A model generated the notes under the pieces. That model saw only the letters and a list, made by a program, of their open reading frames with translations, had not been told where the DNA came from and ran no database searches. The position numbers and the translations under genes were made by a program. Shown here in pieces: positions 28,383 to 39,847 of a DNA stretch of 64,000 nt (the stretch's first letter is position 1; each line of letters opens with the position of its first letter). Source of the DNA: an uncultured Actinomycetes bacterium (lineage in GTDB: Bacteria; Actinomycetota; UBA4738; HRBIN12); assembly GCA_963704885.1 (NCBI GenBank), contig CAVPIB010000001.1, forward strand, positions 768,001 to 832,000, in the 5' to 3' direction.

Positions 28383-29213
28383 ATGGCCGTTCGCAAATAC
28401 AAGCCCACGACCCCGGGTCGACGCGGCGCCAGCGTGTCCTCGTTCGAGGAGATCACGCGGTCGAAGCCCGAGAAGTCGCTCGTCGCCAAGGGTCGCAAGA
28501 AGGCTGGGCGCAACGTCCACGGGCGGATCACGGCGCGGCACCAAGGTGGCGGCAACAAGCGGCGCTACCGCATCGTGGACTTCCGCCGGAACAAGGACGG
28601 GGTCCCAGCCAGGGTCGCGCAGATCGAGTACGACCCGAACCGGAGCGCGCGCATCGCGCTGCTTCACTACGCCGACGGTGAGAAGCGATACATCCTTGCG
28701 CCGCAGGGCGTCTCGGTCGGCGACACCCTGCAGTCGGGGCCCGACGCCGAGATCCGCCCGGGCAACGCACTGCCGCTTCGTAACATCCCGGTCGGCACTG
28801 TGATCCACGCGATCGAGCTGAAGCCAGGAGCCGGCGCGAAGATGGCTCGCTCCGCCGGCACCAGCGTGCAGCTGATGGCGAAGGAGGGTCGATACGCTAC
28901 CCTCCGTCTCCCGTCCGGTGAGACCCGGCGGGTGGAATCCACCTGCAAGGGCACCGTGGGCGTGGTGGGCAACCCGGAGCACGAGCTGATCTCGCTCGGA
29001 AAGGCTGGACGCGCCCGCTGGAAGAACAGGCGCCCGTCGGTCCGCGGGGTGGCCATGAACCCGGTCGACCACCCGCTGGGTGGAGGCGAGGGCAAGTCCT
29101 CCGGAGGCCGTCACCCAACGTCGCCGTGGGGTAAGAAGGAAGGCCGCACGCGCAAGAAGAACAAGGCGTCGAGCAAGTACATCGTCCGTCGCCGTGGGAA
29201 GGGTCGTGGCTGA
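28383..29213 (+). CDS. rplB: 50S ribosomal protein L2
   Basis: [19 protein letters not shown]. Confidence 0.99.
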   Translation: MAVRKYKPTTPGRRGASVSSFEEITRSKPEKSLVAKGRKKAGRNVHGRITARHQGGGNKRRYRIVDFRRNKDGVPARVAQIEYDPNRSARIALLHYADGEKRYILAPQGVSVGDTLQSGPDAEIRPGNALPLRNIPVGTVIHAIELKPGAGAKMARSAGTSVQLMAKEGRYATLRLPSGETRRVESTCKGTVGVVGNPEHELISLGKAGRARWKNRRPSVRGVAMNPVDHPLGGGEGKSSGGRHPTSPWGKKEGRTRKKNKASSKYIVRRRGKGRG

Positions 29214-29494
29214 TGCCCAGGTCCGTGAAGAAGGGTCCGTTCGTCGACGAGCACCTGATGGTGAAGATCGACGATATGAACAAGCGCGGCGACAAGCGGG
29301 TCGTGAAGACTTGGTCGCGCCGCTCAACGATCGTGCCCGACATGATCGGGCACACCATCGCTGTGCACGACGGCAGGAAGCATGTGCCGGTGTTCATCTC
29401 GGAGTCGATGGTGGGACACAAGCTCGGGGAGTTCGCGTCGACGCGGACGTTCCGTTCGCACGCGCGAGACGAGCGCAGGACCGGAGTGAGGTAG
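29213..29494 (+). CDS. rpsS: 30S ribosomal protein S19
   Basis: [17 protein letters not shown]. Confidence 0.99.
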   Translation: MPRSVKKGPFVDEHLMVKIDDMNKRGDKRVVKTWSRRSTIVPDMIGHTIAVHDGRKHVPVFISESMVGHKLGEFASTRTFRSHARDERRTGVR

Positions 29495-29498
29495 GAAC

Positions 29499-29843
29499 GT
29501 GGAAGCACGCGCCACCGTCAAATACATCCGCACCTCGCCGCGCAAGATGCGGCGGGTGGTGGATCTGATCCGCGGCCAGCACGTCGAAGAGGCCCGACGG
29601 ATCCTGCGGTTCTCGCCGCTCGGCGCCACGCGTGACGTGGAGAAGCTGCTGAACTCCGCCGTCGCCAATGCCGAGCAGCAGCCGGGCGTCATCTCCGAGA
29701 ACCTGATGGTGTCGCGGGCATGGGTCGACGTGGGGCCGACGCTCAAGCGGTTCCGGCCGCGGGCGTATGGCCGCGCCACCCGGGTGCGCAAGCGCACCGC
29801 GCACGTGACACTGGTCGTGCGAACGATGGGAGAGGAACGCTAA
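29499..29843 (+). CDS. rplV: 50S ribosomal protein L22
   Basis: SPRKMRRVVDLIRG, SAVANA. Confidence 0.98.
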   Translation: MEARATVKYIRTSPRKMRRVVDLIRGQHVEEARRILRFSPLGATRDVEKLLNSAVANAEQQPGVISENLMVSRAWVDVGPTLKRFRPRAYGRATRVRKRTAHVTLVVRTMGEER

Positions 29844-30727
29844 GTGGGTCACAAGGTCAATCCGTACGGGTTCCGGCTGGGGGTCATCTACCCCTGGAAG
29901 TCCAACTGGTACGCGCGGCGTGAGTACGCCGACCAGCTGCACGAGGATGTGTGGATCCGCAAACACATCCGTTCGCGGTTGTCGCGCGCCGGTATCTCCA
30001 GCATCGACATCGAGCGCAAGGGCGACCAGATCTGGGTCTTCATCCGCACGGCACGTCCGGGCATCGTGATCGGGCGCAAGGGGGCGGAGGTCGACCGACT
30101 GCGCAAAGACGTCGAGCGCTACACCAAGAAGCGTGTCGACGTGAAGGTCGAGGACATGAACCAAGCGGCCAGCGAATCGCGTCCGGAGACGGATGCCGCG
30201 CTCCTGGCCCAGGGCGTCGCCGAACAACTGGTAGGCCGGGTGGCTTTCCGCCGAGCGATGCGCCGAGCCGTCCAAACCGCGATGCGGGCGGGAGCCATGG
30301 GCGTTCGTGTGCAGGCCGGAGGCCGGCTCGGCGGCACAGAGATGTCGCGCAGTGAGTGGTACCGCGAGGGTCGAGTGCCGCTACACACCCTCCGCGCGAA
30401 GATCGACTACGGCACCTCGGAAGCCAAGACCACGTTCGGCCAGATCGGCGTGAAGGTCTGGGTCTACCACGGCGACCAGATACCGGATCGCGAGCAGGCG
30501 ACCGAGCGCGCGCTCGCGCGCGCTCGAGTGGGCACCGGCGGTCGCGCTCCCGCCTCCACGCGGACGACCGCGCCCGCGGCGCCCGCGGTCGCGAAGACGG
30601 CCGCCGAAGCCCCGGCCGCCGTGGCCGTGGCAGAGCCTCCTGTGCCCGAGCCTGTGCCCGAGCCTGCGGTAGAGCCTGTGCCCGAGCCTGCGGTCGAGGC
30701 ACCAACGCCCGAGACTGGTGACGCCTG

Positions 30728-30728
<1 letters not shown>
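29844..30728 (+). CDS. rpsC: 30S ribosomal protein S3 with Pro/Ala/Glu tail
   Basis: [21 protein letters not shown]. Confidence 0.99.
30639..30698 (+). repeat. Five imperfect 12-bp tandem units in the rpsC tail
   Basis: cctgtgcccgag x2, cctgcggtagag, cctgtgcccgag, cctgcggtcgag (PVPE/PAVE). Confidence 0.9.
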
Positions 30729-31144
<416 letters not shown>

Positions 31145-31147
31145 GCG

Positions 31148-31396
31148 ATGCCGAGCAAGGCTGCCGAGCTGCGCGAGCTACCCGACGACGAGTTGATCGT
31201 TCGGATGGACGCCGCCAAGGAGGAGCTGTTCAACCTGCGGTTCCAGCTCGCGACCGGGCAGCTGGATAACCCCGCGCGGATGGACCAGGTCCGCCACGAT
31301 GTGGCTCGCATCGCCACGGTGCTCCGCGAGCGCGAGATCGAGCAGGAGCTCGACGCGATCGCGGCCGAGACGGACGATGAGGAGAACATGCAGTGA
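31148..31396 (+). CDS. rpmC: 50S ribosomal protein L29
   Basis: [16 protein letters not shown]. Confidence 0.98.
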   Translation: MPSKAAELRELPDDELIVRMDAAKEELFNLRFQLATGQLDNPARMDQVRHDVARIATVLREREIEQELDAIAAETDDEENMQ

Positions 31397-31668
31397 GCGA
31401 CGAGCAGACCACGATCGAGCGCGGCCGGAGGAAGATCCGCACGGGCGTGGTCGTGTCCGACAAGATGGACAAGACCGTGCTGGTCCGCATCGACCGCCAG
31501 ATGCGTCATGCGCTGTACGGCAAGATCGTTCGGCGTTCGTCCAAGCTTGCCGCCCACGACGAGGCCAACGACGCACGCGTGGGCGACACGGTCCGCGTGA
31601 TGGAGACCAAGCCCCTGTCCAAGACCAAGCGCTGGCGCGTGGTCGAGGTCGTCGAGCGGGCGAAGTAG
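31393..31668 (+). CDS. rpsQ: 30S ribosomal protein S17
   Basis: [17 protein letters not shown]. Confidence 0.99.
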   Translation: MSDEQTTIERGRRKIRTGVVVSDKMDKTVLVRIDRQMRHALYGKIVRRSSKLAAHDEANDARVGDTVRVMETKPLSKTKRWRVVEVVERAK

Positions 31669-31681
31669 GAGACGAGTCAAC

Positions 31682-32050
31682 GTGATCCAACAGGAGACCC
31701 GCTGCAAGGTTGCGGATAACACTGGGGCCAAAGAGGTCCTGTGCATCCGCGTCCTCGGCGGTTCGGGCCGTAGGTACGCGAGGGTCGGCGACGTGATCGT
31801 CGGCACCGTGAAGGATGCCCTGCCCGGCGGCGCTGTGAAGAAGGGCGAGGTCGTACGGGCAGTCGTCGTACGCACCGCGAAGGAGCGACGCCGCCCGGAC
31901 GGCTCCTACATCCGCTTCGACGACAACGCCGTTGTCCTCATCAACGAGCAGAAGAACCCCCGCGGCACACGCATCTTCGGCCCGGTCGCGCGGGAGCTTA
32001 GGGAGAAGCGCTTCATGAAGATCATCTCGCTCGCCCCGGAGGTGCTGTAG
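31682..32050 (+). CDS. rplN: 50S ribosomal protein L14
   Basis: [15 protein letters not shown]. Confidence 0.99.
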   Translation: MIQQETRCKVADNTGAKEVLCIRVLGGSGRRYARVGDVIVGTVKDALPGGAVKKGEVVRAVVVRTAKERRRPDGSYIRFDDNAVVLINEQKNPRGTRIFGPVARELREKRFMKIISLAPEVL

Positions 32051-32386
32051 ATGCCCGGCGTCGACATCAAGAAGGACGACCTGGTGAAGGTGCTGCAGGG
32101 CAAGGACCGCGGGAAGGAAGGTCGCGTCGTGCGGGTGCTGCCGCGAGAGGGCAGGGTCATGGTCGACGGCGTGGCGCTCGCGAAGAAGCATCAGCGCTCG
32201 GCGGGGAAGCGCTCCACCGGTGGTCAGCAACTCCAACAGGGAGGCATCATCGACGCGGAGATGTTCATCGATATCTCGAACGTCCAGGTCGTGTGCAAGA
32301 GCTGCGGCAAGCCCACCCGCGTCGGGCACCGCATCGAGGACGACGTGAAGGTGCGGATCTGTCGTCGATGTGAGGCGGAGCTATGA
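32051..32386 (+). CDS. rplX: 50S ribosomal protein L24
   Basis: IKKDDLV, GKDRGK; C-terminal CxxC..CxxC. Confidence 0.98.
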   Translation: MPGVDIKKDDLVKVLQGKDRGKEGRVVRVLPREGRVMVDGVALAKKHQRSAGKRSTGGQQLQQGGIIDAEMFIDISNVQVVCKSCGKPTRVGHRIEDDVKVRICRRCEAEL

Positions 32387-32961
32387 CGGACGTAGGGATG
32401 CCCCGTATGAAGCAGCGGTTCCGCGAGGAGCTGATCCCGCGACTCAAGGACGAACTGGGCCTAGTCAACGTGATGCAGGTGCCGCGCCTGGAGAAGGTCG
32501 TGATCAACATGGGGATCGGCGATGCGGTCAAGGACGGTCGTATGCTGGATGCCGCGTTGGCGGACCTGGAGGTCATCAGCGGTCAGAAGCCGGTGGTGAC
32601 CAAGGCCCGCAAGTCGATCGCGGGGTTCAAGCTCCGAGAGGGCATGTCGATCGGCGCGAAGGTCACCCTTCGGGGCGACCGGATGTGGGAGTTCCTAGAT
32701 CGGCTGGTCACGTTGGCCCTGCCCAGGATCCGCGACTTCAGGGGGCTCGCGCCCAGCGCGTTCGATGGACATGGCAACTACACGATGGGTGTGACCGAGC
32801 AGCTGATCTTTCCGGAGATCGACTACGACAAGGTGCTGAAGGTCAGCGGCATGGATATCACCGTGGTGACCACAGCGAAGACCGACGACGAGGGGCGAGC
32901 GCTCCTGGTGGCGTTGGGGTTCCCGTTCATCGGGGCCACGGCCGTCGCCCGGGCGAGCTAG
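32383..32961 (+). CDS. rplE: 50S ribosomal protein L5
   Basis: [16 protein letters not shown]. Confidence 0.99.
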   Translation: MTDVGMPRMKQRFREELIPRLKDELGLVNVMQVPRLEKVVINMGIGDAVKDGRMLDAALADLEVISGQKPVVTKARKSIAGFKLREGMSIGAKVTLRGDRMWEFLDRLVTLALPRIRDFRGLAPSAFDGHGNYTMGVTEQLIFPEIDYDKVLKVSGMDITVVTTAKTDDEGRALLVALGFPFIGATAVARAS

Positions 32962-32972
32962 AGGATCGAGAG

Positions 32973-33158
32973 ATGGCGAAGAAGGCTCTGATCAACAAGC
33001 AACAGAGGCAGCCGAAGTATCGGGTGCGTGCATACACGCGGTGCCGCCGATGTGGCCGGCCGCGCGCCGTGTACAAGAAGCTGCTGCTCTGCCGGATCTG
33101 TTTCCGTCAGCTGGCGCACGCGGGCGAGCTTCCGGGGGTGACCAAGGCGTCATGGTGA
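32973..33158 (+). CDS. rpsN: 30S ribosomal protein S14 (short Zn-binding type Z)
   Basis: MAKKALINK...RCRRCGR...LCRICFR...KASW, 61 aa. Confidence 0.98.
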   Translation: MAKKALINKQQRQPKYRVRAYTRCRRCGRPRAVYKKLLLCRICFRQLAHAGELPGVTKASW

Positions 33159-33604
33159 GCACCGATCAGGTCAAGAGCACGAAGAGCCGCAAGCGCAAGT
33201 TCTCCTCGAACATCTCCGACCCCGTAGCGGACCTGTTGACGCGGATCCGCAACGCGAACCTGGCCTTCAAGGACGACCTGGTGGCTCCGGTCTCCAAGCT
33301 CTCAGAGGCAGTGCTGCGGATCCTCGAGCAAGAGGGGTACATCGGGGGCTTCGCCCGCGAGGGCGAGGGTGTCCAGGAGGCGTTCCGGATCCGACTGAAG
33401 TACAGCAAGTCGCGCCAGCGGACGATCTCGGGGATCAAGCGCGTGTCCACTCCCGGTCGGCGCGTCTATGCGGGCAGGGGCAAACTGCCGCGCGTGCTGG
33501 GCGGCCTCGGTGTCGCGATCATCTCCACATCGCAAGGCGTGATGACCGACAAGGACGCTTCCAAGAAGGGGATCGGCGGGGAAGTCCTCGCCTTCGTGTG
33601 GTGA
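33152..33604 (+). CDS. rpsH: 30S ribosomal protein S8 with basic N-terminal extension
   Basis: [22 protein letters not shown]; start ATG 33152 or GTG 33155. Confidence 0.97.
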   Translation: MVSTDQVKSTKSRKRKFSSNISDPVADLLTRIRNANLAFKDDLVAPVSKLSEAVLRILEQEGYIGGFAREGEGVQEAFRIRLKYSKSRQRTISGIKRVSTPGRRVYAGRGKLPRVLGGLGVAIISTSQGVMTDKDASKKGIGGEVLAFVW

Positions 33605-33611
33605 TCATGGC

Positions 33612-34163
33612 ATGAGTCGGATCGGAAGACAGCCCGTCGAGGTCCCGAGCGGTGTCGAGATCGACATCGCCGAGGGCAACGTCGTCACGGTTAAGGGCCC
33701 GCGAGGCTCGTTGACCCAGACGATGCATGCCGATATGCGCGTCGTCGTGGAAGGAGATTCGCTCTCGGTCGAGCGCCCCGACGACCAGGGGTTCCATCGG
33801 AGCCTCCATGGGCTCACCCGATCGCTCTTGGCCAACATGGTCGAAGGCGTCACGAAGGGGTACGAGAAGCGGCTCCAGATCGTCGGCGTGGGATACCGCG
33901 CTGCGATGAAAGGCAGCGACATCGAGATCGCCGCCGGCTTCTCGCATCCCGTCGCCGTGGTCCAGCCGCAGGGGATCGAGTTCGAGGTCCCCACGCCGAC
34001 CCAGATCGTGGTGCGCGGCAACGACAAGCAGCAGGTGGGCGAGGTCGCCGCGAACATCCGGAAGATCCGCAAACCCGAGCCCTACAAGGGAAAGGGCATC
34101 CGGTACGAGGGAGAGTACGTCCGCAAGAAGGCCGGGAAGGCCGCGAAGACGGGTGCTGTCTGA
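33612..34163 (+). CDS. rplF: 50S ribosomal protein L6
   Basis: [16 protein letters not shown]. Confidence 0.99.
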   Translation: MSRIGRQPVEVPSGVEIDIAEGNVVTVKGPRGSLTQTMHADMRVVVEGDSLSVERPDDQGFHRSLHGLTRSLLANMVEGVTKGYEKRLQIVGVGYRAAMKGSDIEIAAGFSHPVAVVQPQGIEFEVPTPTQIVVRGNDKQQVGEVAANIRKIRKPEPYKGKGIRYEGEYVRKKAGKAAKTGAV

Positions 34164-34510
34164 TGGATGCGAAGACGAAGCGTGGAGCCCGTGTCCGCCG
34201 CCACACGCGAGTGCGGAAGAAGATCTCAGGAGACGCTGGACGGCCGCGCTTGGCCGTCTATCGATCCAACAGGCATATCTACGCGCAGTTGATCGACGAC
34301 CGGAAGGCGACCACGATCGCGCAGGCCTCCGATCGCGAGGTCTCGGGCGAGGGAAAGACGGCCCGTGCGAAGGCGGTCGGCGAGCTGATCGCCCAACGCG
34401 CCAAGAACGCCGGGATCGAGCACGTGGTGTTCGACCGCGGCGGCCGCCAGTATCACGGCCGCGTCGCGGCGCTCGCCGAGGGCGCTCGAGAGGGAGGACT
34501 CCAGATCTGA
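34163..34510 (+). CDS. rplR: 50S ribosomal protein L18
   Basis: [16 protein letters not shown]. Confidence 0.98.
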   Translation: MDAKTKRGARVRRHTRVRKKISGDAGRPRLAVYRSNRHIYAQLIDDRKATTIAQASDREVSGEGKTARAKAVGELIAQRAKNAGIEHVVFDRGGRQYHGRVAALAEGAREGGLQI

Positions 34511-34511
34511 C

Positions 34512-35144
34512 ATGAGGCGATACGACGCGAGTTCTCAAGACAAGAGCCCGTTCGAAGAGCGGGTCATCTCGATCAACCGTGTGGCGAAGGTCGTCAAGGG
34601 CGGCCGGCGGTTCTCGTTCGCCGCGCTCGTGGTCGTGGGCGATGGCGCGGGGCGCGTCGGCGTGGGCTACGGCAAGGCCAAGGAGGTGCCTGCGGCGATC
34701 GCCAAGGGCGTCGAGGAGGGCCGCCGCAAGATGTTCGAGGTACCCATGATGGGCACGACGATCCCGCATGCGGTGATCGGCCAGGCAGGGGCGGGCCGTG
34801 TCCTGCTCAAGCCGGCTGCGCCGGGGACCGGCGTGATCGCCGGCGGGGCCGTCCGTGCACTGGTCGAGTGCGCCGGGATCAAAGACGTGCTCTCCAAGTC
34901 GCTCGGCTCCTCGAACCAGATCAACATCGTGAAGGCCGCCGTGCAGGGGTTGCAGTCCCTGAGGCGCCCGGCCGACGTCGCCAAGCTCCGCGGCCGCGAC
35001 GTGGTCGAGATCGCGCCCAAGCCCATGCTCGAGGCCGTTGCGGCTGCGGAAGCGCGGCTGCAGGCGGCACGGACGGCCGCGCTCGAAGAGGTCTACAGCG
35101 ACGAACCCAGGGCTCCGTCCGGGCCGCGCGGAGGTCGTAGATGA
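34512..35144 (+). CDS. rpsE: 30S ribosomal protein S5
   Basis: [15 protein letters not shown]. Confidence 0.99.
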   Translation: MRRYDASSQDKSPFEERVISINRVAKVVKGGRRFSFAALVVVGDGAGRVGVGYGKAKEVPAAIAKGVEEGRRKMFEVPMMGTTIPHAVIGQAGAGRVLLKPAAPGTGVIAGGAVRALVECAGIKDVLSKSLGSSNQINIVKAAVQGLQSLRRPADVAKLRGRDVVEIAPKPMLEAVAAAEARLQAARTAALEEVYSDEPRAPSGPRGGRR

Positions 35145-35326
35145 CCAAGCTCAAGGTCACCCAGCGACGGAGCGCGATCGATCGCCCGCAGGATCAGAAG
35201 GACACGATCCGTCGGCTCGGGCTGCATCGGATCAACGATTCGGCCGTCAAGGAAGACCGGCCGGACATCCGGGGCATGATCGCCAAGGTCCGTCACCTGG
35301 TCGATGTCGAGGAGGTGGAGGGATGA
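35141..35326 (+). CDS. rpmD: 50S ribosomal protein L30
   Basis: [18 protein letters not shown]. Confidence 0.97.
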   Translation: MTKLKVTQRRSAIDRPQDQKDTIRRLGLHRINDSAVKEDRPDIRGMIAKVRHLVDVEEVEG

Positions 35327-35760
35327 AGCTCCACCACCTGAAACCCGCCCAGGGCGCTACGAAGGATCGCAAGCGTGTCGGTCGCGGGCGAGCGGGTGTC
35401 CGTGGCAAGACGGCCGGTCGAGGCACGAAGGGCACGGGCGCGAGGAAGAACGTGCCCGCCGGGTTCGAGGGCGGGCAGATGCCGCTGCAGCGGCGGGTCC
35501 CCAAGCTCAAGGGCTTCACGAACCCGAACCGGGTCGAGTTCGCGGTCGTGAACGTCGAGCTGCTCGCCAAGCACTACACCGACGGCGAGGTCACGCCCGA
35601 CGACCTCTACCAGCACGGATTGGTCCGCAAGGGCCGGCCCGTGAAGGTATTGGCGCGCGGAGAGATCGACCACGCCCTCGTGGTGAAGGCGCACGCCTTC
35701 TCCGACGCCGCCAGAGCCAAGATCGAGTCGGCCGGCGGCCGGGCCGAGGTTCTCGGCTAG
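35323..35760 (+). CDS. rplO: 50S ribosomal protein L15
   Basis: GFEGGQMPL; start ATG 35323. Confidence 0.98.
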   Translation: MKLHHLKPAQGATKDRKRVGRGRAGVRGKTAGRGTKGTGARKNVPAGFEGGQMPLQRRVPKLKGFTNPNRVEFAVVNVELLAKHYTDGEVTPDDLYQHGLVRKGRPVKVLARGEIDHALVVKAHAFSDAARAKIESAGGRAEVLG

Positions 35761-35781
35761 GCCGGGGTACGATAGACCACC

Positions 35782-37065
35782 GTGCTCAAGGCCTTCCTTA
35801 ACGCGTTCCGGGTTCCGGACCTCCGGAACAAGATCCTCTTCACGCTGCTCGTCGTGGCGATATACCGGTTCGGCTCGCACGTGCCGGTGCCCGTCGTGGA
35901 CCTCGGCTCGCTACAGCGGCAACTCGAGGCTCAAGGCCAGACCGGCTTCCTGGCGTTCATAAACCTGTTCTCGGGTGGTGCGCTCGGCCGCATGGCGGTG
36001 TTCGGGCTCGGGATCATGCCGTACATCACCAGCTCAATCATCATGCAGCTCCTCACCGTGGTGATCCCAAAGCTCCAGCAGTGGCGGGATGAGGGCGAGG
36101 GGGGCACGAAGAAGATCAACCAGTGGACCCGCTACGTGACGGTCGTCCTGGCGCTCCTGCAGTCGACCGGCCTGGTGTTCCTGTTCCACAATCAGACGAC
36201 GAGCGGGGTCGACATCTTCCCCGAGGGGACCTTCACCCCCCCGAACCTGGCGCTGATCATCCTCACGTTCACCGCCGGGACAGCCATGGTGATGTGGCTC
36301 GGCGAGCTGATCACCCAGCGCGGCGTGGGCAACGGCATGTCGATCCTGATCTTCACCAGCGTGATATCGACCCTCCCCTCAGAGGGTAACGCGATCTTGC
36401 TGCAGGGAGGGACGGGCAAGTTCATCGCGATCATGTTCATCGGCCTGGCCATCATCGTGGCCGTCGTGTTCATCGACCAGGGTCAGAGGCGGATCCCCAT
36501 CCAGTACGCCAAGCGTGTGGTCGGGCGACGGATGACATCGGGTGGTAGCACGTACCTACCCCTGAAGGTGAACCAGGCCGGCGTGATCCCGATCATCTTC
36601 GCGACCTCGGTCCTGTACTTCCCAACGCTGCTGGCGAGCGTGTACCACGCCTCCTGGTTCCAGAACTTCGTGAACGACTCCGTTAACAACCAACGGAGCC
36701 TCGTCTACATGGTCATGCTCACGCTGCTCATCATCTTCTTCGCGTACTTCTACACCGCGATCCAGTTCGATCCCGTGCGCACCGCCGATCAGATCCGCAA
36801 GCAGGGCGGCTTCATCCCTGGGATCCGGCCGGGCCCGCCAACCGCCAACTTCTTGAACTACGTGTTGGTCCGCATCACGCTGCCGGGCTCGATGTTCCTG
36901 GCAGGCATCGCGCTGCTGCCCTCGATCGTGCTCGCGTACTGGACGCTCAACCAGTTCCCGTTCGGCGGCACGTCGGTGCTGATCGCGGTCGGCGTGGCGC
37001 TTGAGACCATGAAGCAGATCGAGTCGCAGCTGATGATGCGGCACTACGAGGGCTTCTTGAAGTAG
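35782..37065 (+). CDS. secY: Preprotein translocase subunit SecY
   Basis: LGIMPYITSSII, WLGELIT, FIPGIRPG. Confidence 0.99.
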   Translation: MLKAFLNAFRVPDLRNKILFTLLVVAIYRFGSHVPVPVVDLGSLQRQLEAQGQTGFLAFINLFSGGALGRMAVFGLGIMPYITSSIIMQLLTVVIPKLQQWRDEGEGGTKKINQWTRYVTVVLALLQSTGLVFLFHNQTTSGVDIFPEGTFTPPNLALIILTFTAGTAMVMWLGELITQRGVGNGMSILIFTSVISTLPSEGNAILLQGGTGKFIAIMFIGLAIIVAVVFIDQGQRRIPIQYAKRVVGRRMTSGGSTYLPLKVNQAGVIPIIFATSVLYFPTLLASVYHASWFQNFVNDSVNNQRSLVYMVMLTLLIIFFAYFYTAIQFDPVRTADQIRKQGGFIPGIRPGPPTANFLNYVLVRITLPGSMFLAGIALLPSIVLAYWTLNQFPFGGTSVLIAVGVALETMKQIESQLMMRHYEGFLK

Positions 37066-37067
37066 CC

Positions 37068-37721
37068 ATGCGGCTCGTGCTCCTCGGCCCTCCGGGCGCT
37101 GGGAAGGGAACGCAGGCGACACAGCTTGCCGAGCGCTTCGGCATCCCTCAGATCTCCACCGGAGACATCCTGCGTGAGCACGTCCAGGAGAACACGATGC
37201 TGGGCGTCAAGGCGCGGACCTTCATGGACCGAGGGGAGTACGTCCCCGACGAGGTCGTGGTCGAGATGGTGATGGATCGGCTCGCCGAGGCCGACGCCGA
37301 GAAGGGCTTCATCCTGGACGGGTTCCCTCGAACGGTGCCGCAGGCCGCGGCTCTGGAGTCCTCGCTGGCGGCTGCGGGCCGGCCGTTGTCGGCGGTCCTC
37401 AAGTTCGCGATCGCCGACGAGATGGCCGTGCGGCGCCTCACCGCTCGATGGACGTGCCCCAACTGCAAACGTACGTACAACCTGGAGTTCAAACCCCCTG
37501 CCCAGGAAGGGCTCTGCGACTTCTGCGGCCACGAGCTGGAGCGGCGTGCGGACGACGACGAGCTCACGGTCCGTCGCCGGATCGAGGTGTACCGCGAGCA
37601 GACCGCCCCGCTCGAGCGCTTCTACCTCGACCGGGGGCTTCTCCGTGAGGTGGACGCGCAAGCACGTGAGGCCGATGTTACCGAGCGAACGATCCACGAG
37701 CTCGAGGGGATCGACCGGTGA
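37068..37721 (+). CDS. adk: Adenylate kinase (Zn-LID type)
   Basis: GPPGAGKGTQ, LDGFPRT, CPNC..CDFC. Confidence 0.98.
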   Translation: MRLVLLGPPGAGKGTQATQLAERFGIPQISTGDILREHVQENTMLGVKARTFMDRGEYVPDEVVVEMVMDRLAEADAEKGFILDGFPRTVPQAAALESSLAAAGRPLSAVLKFAIADEMAVRRLTARWTCPNCKRTYNLEFKPPAQEGLCDFCGHELERRADDDELTVRRRIEVYREQTAPLERFYLDRGLLREVDAQAREADVTERTIHELEGIDR

Positions 37722-37728
37722 GCCGGTC

Positions 37729-38508
37729 ATGATCATCTACAAGTCGCCCGACGAGATCGCGAAGATGCGTCGCGCGGGACGGATCACGGCGGGTGCTATC
37801 CAGGCGATGCTCGATGCGGTCACTCCGGGCATCACCACGTACGACCTCGACCAGATCGCGGAGCGTCACATCCGATCCCATGGCGCGACTCCGTCGTTCC
37901 TGGGATACGGGGGATCCCGGGGCGTAACACCGTTCGCCGGAACGATCTGCGCTTCGATCAACGAGGAGATCGTCCACGGGATCCCTTCTCCGAAGAGGGT
38001 GCTTGATACGGGAGATGTGTTGTCGCTCGACTGTGGTGCCATCTGGGATGGGTTCCAGGGCGATTCGGCCGTCACCGTGATCGTCGGCGGTGAACCTCCT
38101 TCGCAGGAGGCGGAGAAGCTACTCCGGGTGACCGAGGACGCGCTCGATGCTGCGATCGCCGTGATCAGGCCGGGGGGCCGACTCTCAGACATCGGGGCTG
38201 CCATCCAGCAGGTGGCCGAGGGGGCTGGCTTCACGTTGGTGCGTGAGTACGGCGGACATGGGATCGGACGCGCCATGCATGAAGACCCATTCATCCAGAA
38301 CTTCGGCTCACCCGGTCGGGGTCCCGAGCTGAGGCCCGGGCTGGTGGTAGCCGTCGAGCCCATGGTCATGCTGGGGAGCCATGAGACACGTGTACTTGCC
38401 GACGAGTGGACCGTGGTCACGGCGGATGGCTCGCTCGCCGCACATTTCGAGCACACGATCGCGGTCACGGACTCAGGACACGAGATCCTGACGGCTAGGA
38501 CCAGCTAG
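37729..38508 (+). CDS. map: Methionine aminopeptidase type I
   Basis: HGIP, GHGIG, AHFEHT; start ATG 37729. Confidence 0.97.
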   Translation: MIIYKSPDEIAKMRRAGRITAGAIQAMLDAVTPGITTYDLDQIAERHIRSHGATPSFLGYGGSRGVTPFAGTICASINEEIVHGIPSPKRVLDTGDVLSLDCGAIWDGFQGDSAVTVIVGGEPPSQEAEKLLRVTEDALDAAIAVIRPGGRLSDIGAAIQQVAEGAGFTLVREYGGHGIGRAMHEDPFIQNFGSPGRGPELRPGLVVAVEPMVMLGSHETRVLADEWTVVTADGSLAAHFEHTIAVTDSGHEILTARTS

Positions 38509-38625
38509 CTCATTGGACGTACCGACTGACCTGCCCGTATACTGACCCTTCGCCCCGCCCGGAGGCGGGTTTCGGCTGGTCCGTGGGCCGGGGCGAGACC
38601 CAGGACAGACGGGAACACCTGGAGC

Positions 38626-38844
38626 GTGCCGAAGAAAGATGCGATCGAGGTCGAGGGAACGGTCGTCGAGCCGTTGCCCAACGCCATGTTCCGGGTCAAG
38701 TTGGAGAACGATCACGTCGTGTTGGCCCACATCTCTGGCAAGATGCGGATGCACTACATCCGGATCTTGCCCGGGGACCGGGTCTTGGTGGAACTGTCGC
38801 CGTACGACCTCTCACGGGGTCGCGTGGTGTACCGGTACAAGTAG
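38626..38844 (+). CDS. infA: Translation initiation factor IF-1
   Basis: [15 protein letters not shown]; candidate TATACT -10 at 38538. Confidence 0.99.
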   Translation: MPKKDAIEVEGTVVEPLPNAMFRVKLENDHVVLAHISGKMRMHYIRILPGDRVLVELSPYDLSRGRVVYRYK

Positions 38845-38851
38845 GAGCGAG

Positions 38852-38965
38852 ATGAAGGTCCGACCCTCGGTGAAGAAGATGTGCGACAGGTGCCGCGTCA
38901 TCCGTCGCCGTGGTCGGATCCTCGTGATCTGCACGAACCCGCGGCATAAGCAGCGACAGGGCTAG
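38852..38965 (+). CDS. rpmJ: 50S ribosomal protein L36
   Basis: [14 protein letters not shown]...HKQRQG. Confidence 0.98.
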   Translation: MKVRPSVKKMCDRCRVIRRRGRILVICTNPRHKQRQG

Positions 38966-38977
38966 GAGGCGCAACGA

Positions 38978-39361
38978 GTGGCACGGATCGCAGGGGTCGA
39001 CCTTCCGCGTGACAAGCGGCTGGACATCGCGCTTCGCTACATCTACGGCGTCGGCGAGACCAGCGCCCACAAGATCGTCGAGGGCTCCGGCGTAGAAGGT
39101 GCCACCAAGGTCCGCGATCTCTCCGAGGACGAGGTACTGAAGATCCGCGAGTTCATCGACCGGAACCTGAAGGTCGAGGGTGACCTCCGTCGAGAGGTCG
39201 CACAGGACATCAAGCGAAAGATCGAGATCGGCTGTTACCAGGGCGTCCGTCATCGCAGGGGACTTCCCGTTCGCGGACAGCGCACACACACCAACGCTCG
39301 CACCCGAAAGGGCCCGAAGAAGACGATCGCCGGCAAGAAGAAGGCCGCGAGGAAGAAGTAA
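38978..39361 (+). CDS. rpsM: 30S ribosomal protein S13
   Basis: [18 protein letters not shown]. Confidence 0.99.
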   Translation: MARIAGVDLPRDKRLDIALRYIYGVGETSAHKIVEGSGVEGATKVRDLSEDEVLKIREFIDRNLKVEGDLRREVAQDIKRKIEIGCYQGVRHRRGLPVRGQRTHTNARTRKGPKKTIAGKKKAARKK

Positions 39362-39365
39362 CGAC

Positions 39366-39758
39366 ATGGCGAAACCGAAGGCGAAGAAGGCCCGCAAGCG
39401 CGAGAAGAAGCACGTCGTGCACGGGCAGGCCCACATCAAGTCCACGTTCAACAACACGATCGTCACGATCACCGACCTGCAGGGCAACACGCTCAGCTGG
39501 GCGAGTGCCGGCAACGTTGGCTTCAAGGGGTCGCGCAAGTCGACCCCGTTCGCCGCGCAGCTCGCGGCCGAGAAGGCCGCCCGTCAGGCCCAGGAGCACG
39601 GCTTGCAGAAGGTCGACGTGTTCGTCAAAGGCCCGGGTTCGGGTCGCGAGACCGCGATCCGCTCGCTCGCCGCGGCCGGTCTCGAAGTGGCGGGCATCCA
39701 AGATGTCACGCCGGTGCCGCACAACGGTTGCCGGCCGCGCAAGCGTCGCCGCGTCTAG
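39366..39758 (+). CDS. rpsK: 30S ribosomal protein S11
   Basis: [18 protein letters not shown]. Confidence 0.99.
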   Translation: MAKPKAKKARKREKKHVVHGQAHIKSTFNNTIVTITDLQGNTLSWASAGNVGFKGSRKSTPFAAQLAAEKAARQAQEHGLQKVDVFVKGPGSGRETAIRSLAAAGLEVAGIQDVTPVPHNGCRPRKRRRV

Positions 39759-39847
39759 CACGCGGTGGCACCCCGGCGTCGAACGGACGCACGGGACCAT
39801 GAGGGTGGGGTAGCAGTGGATGATCCCCCACCGGAGGAGGAAGCCAG

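Noticed and set aside
30639-30698. Possible CRISPR or other non-coding repeat array
   Set aside because: In-frame 12-bp coding repeats without spacers; no cas genes in the window
32973-38965. Zn-independent ribosomal protein paralogues
   Set aside because: S14 and L36 here, and L33 at 1404, all retain their Cys ligands and are ordinary C+ forms
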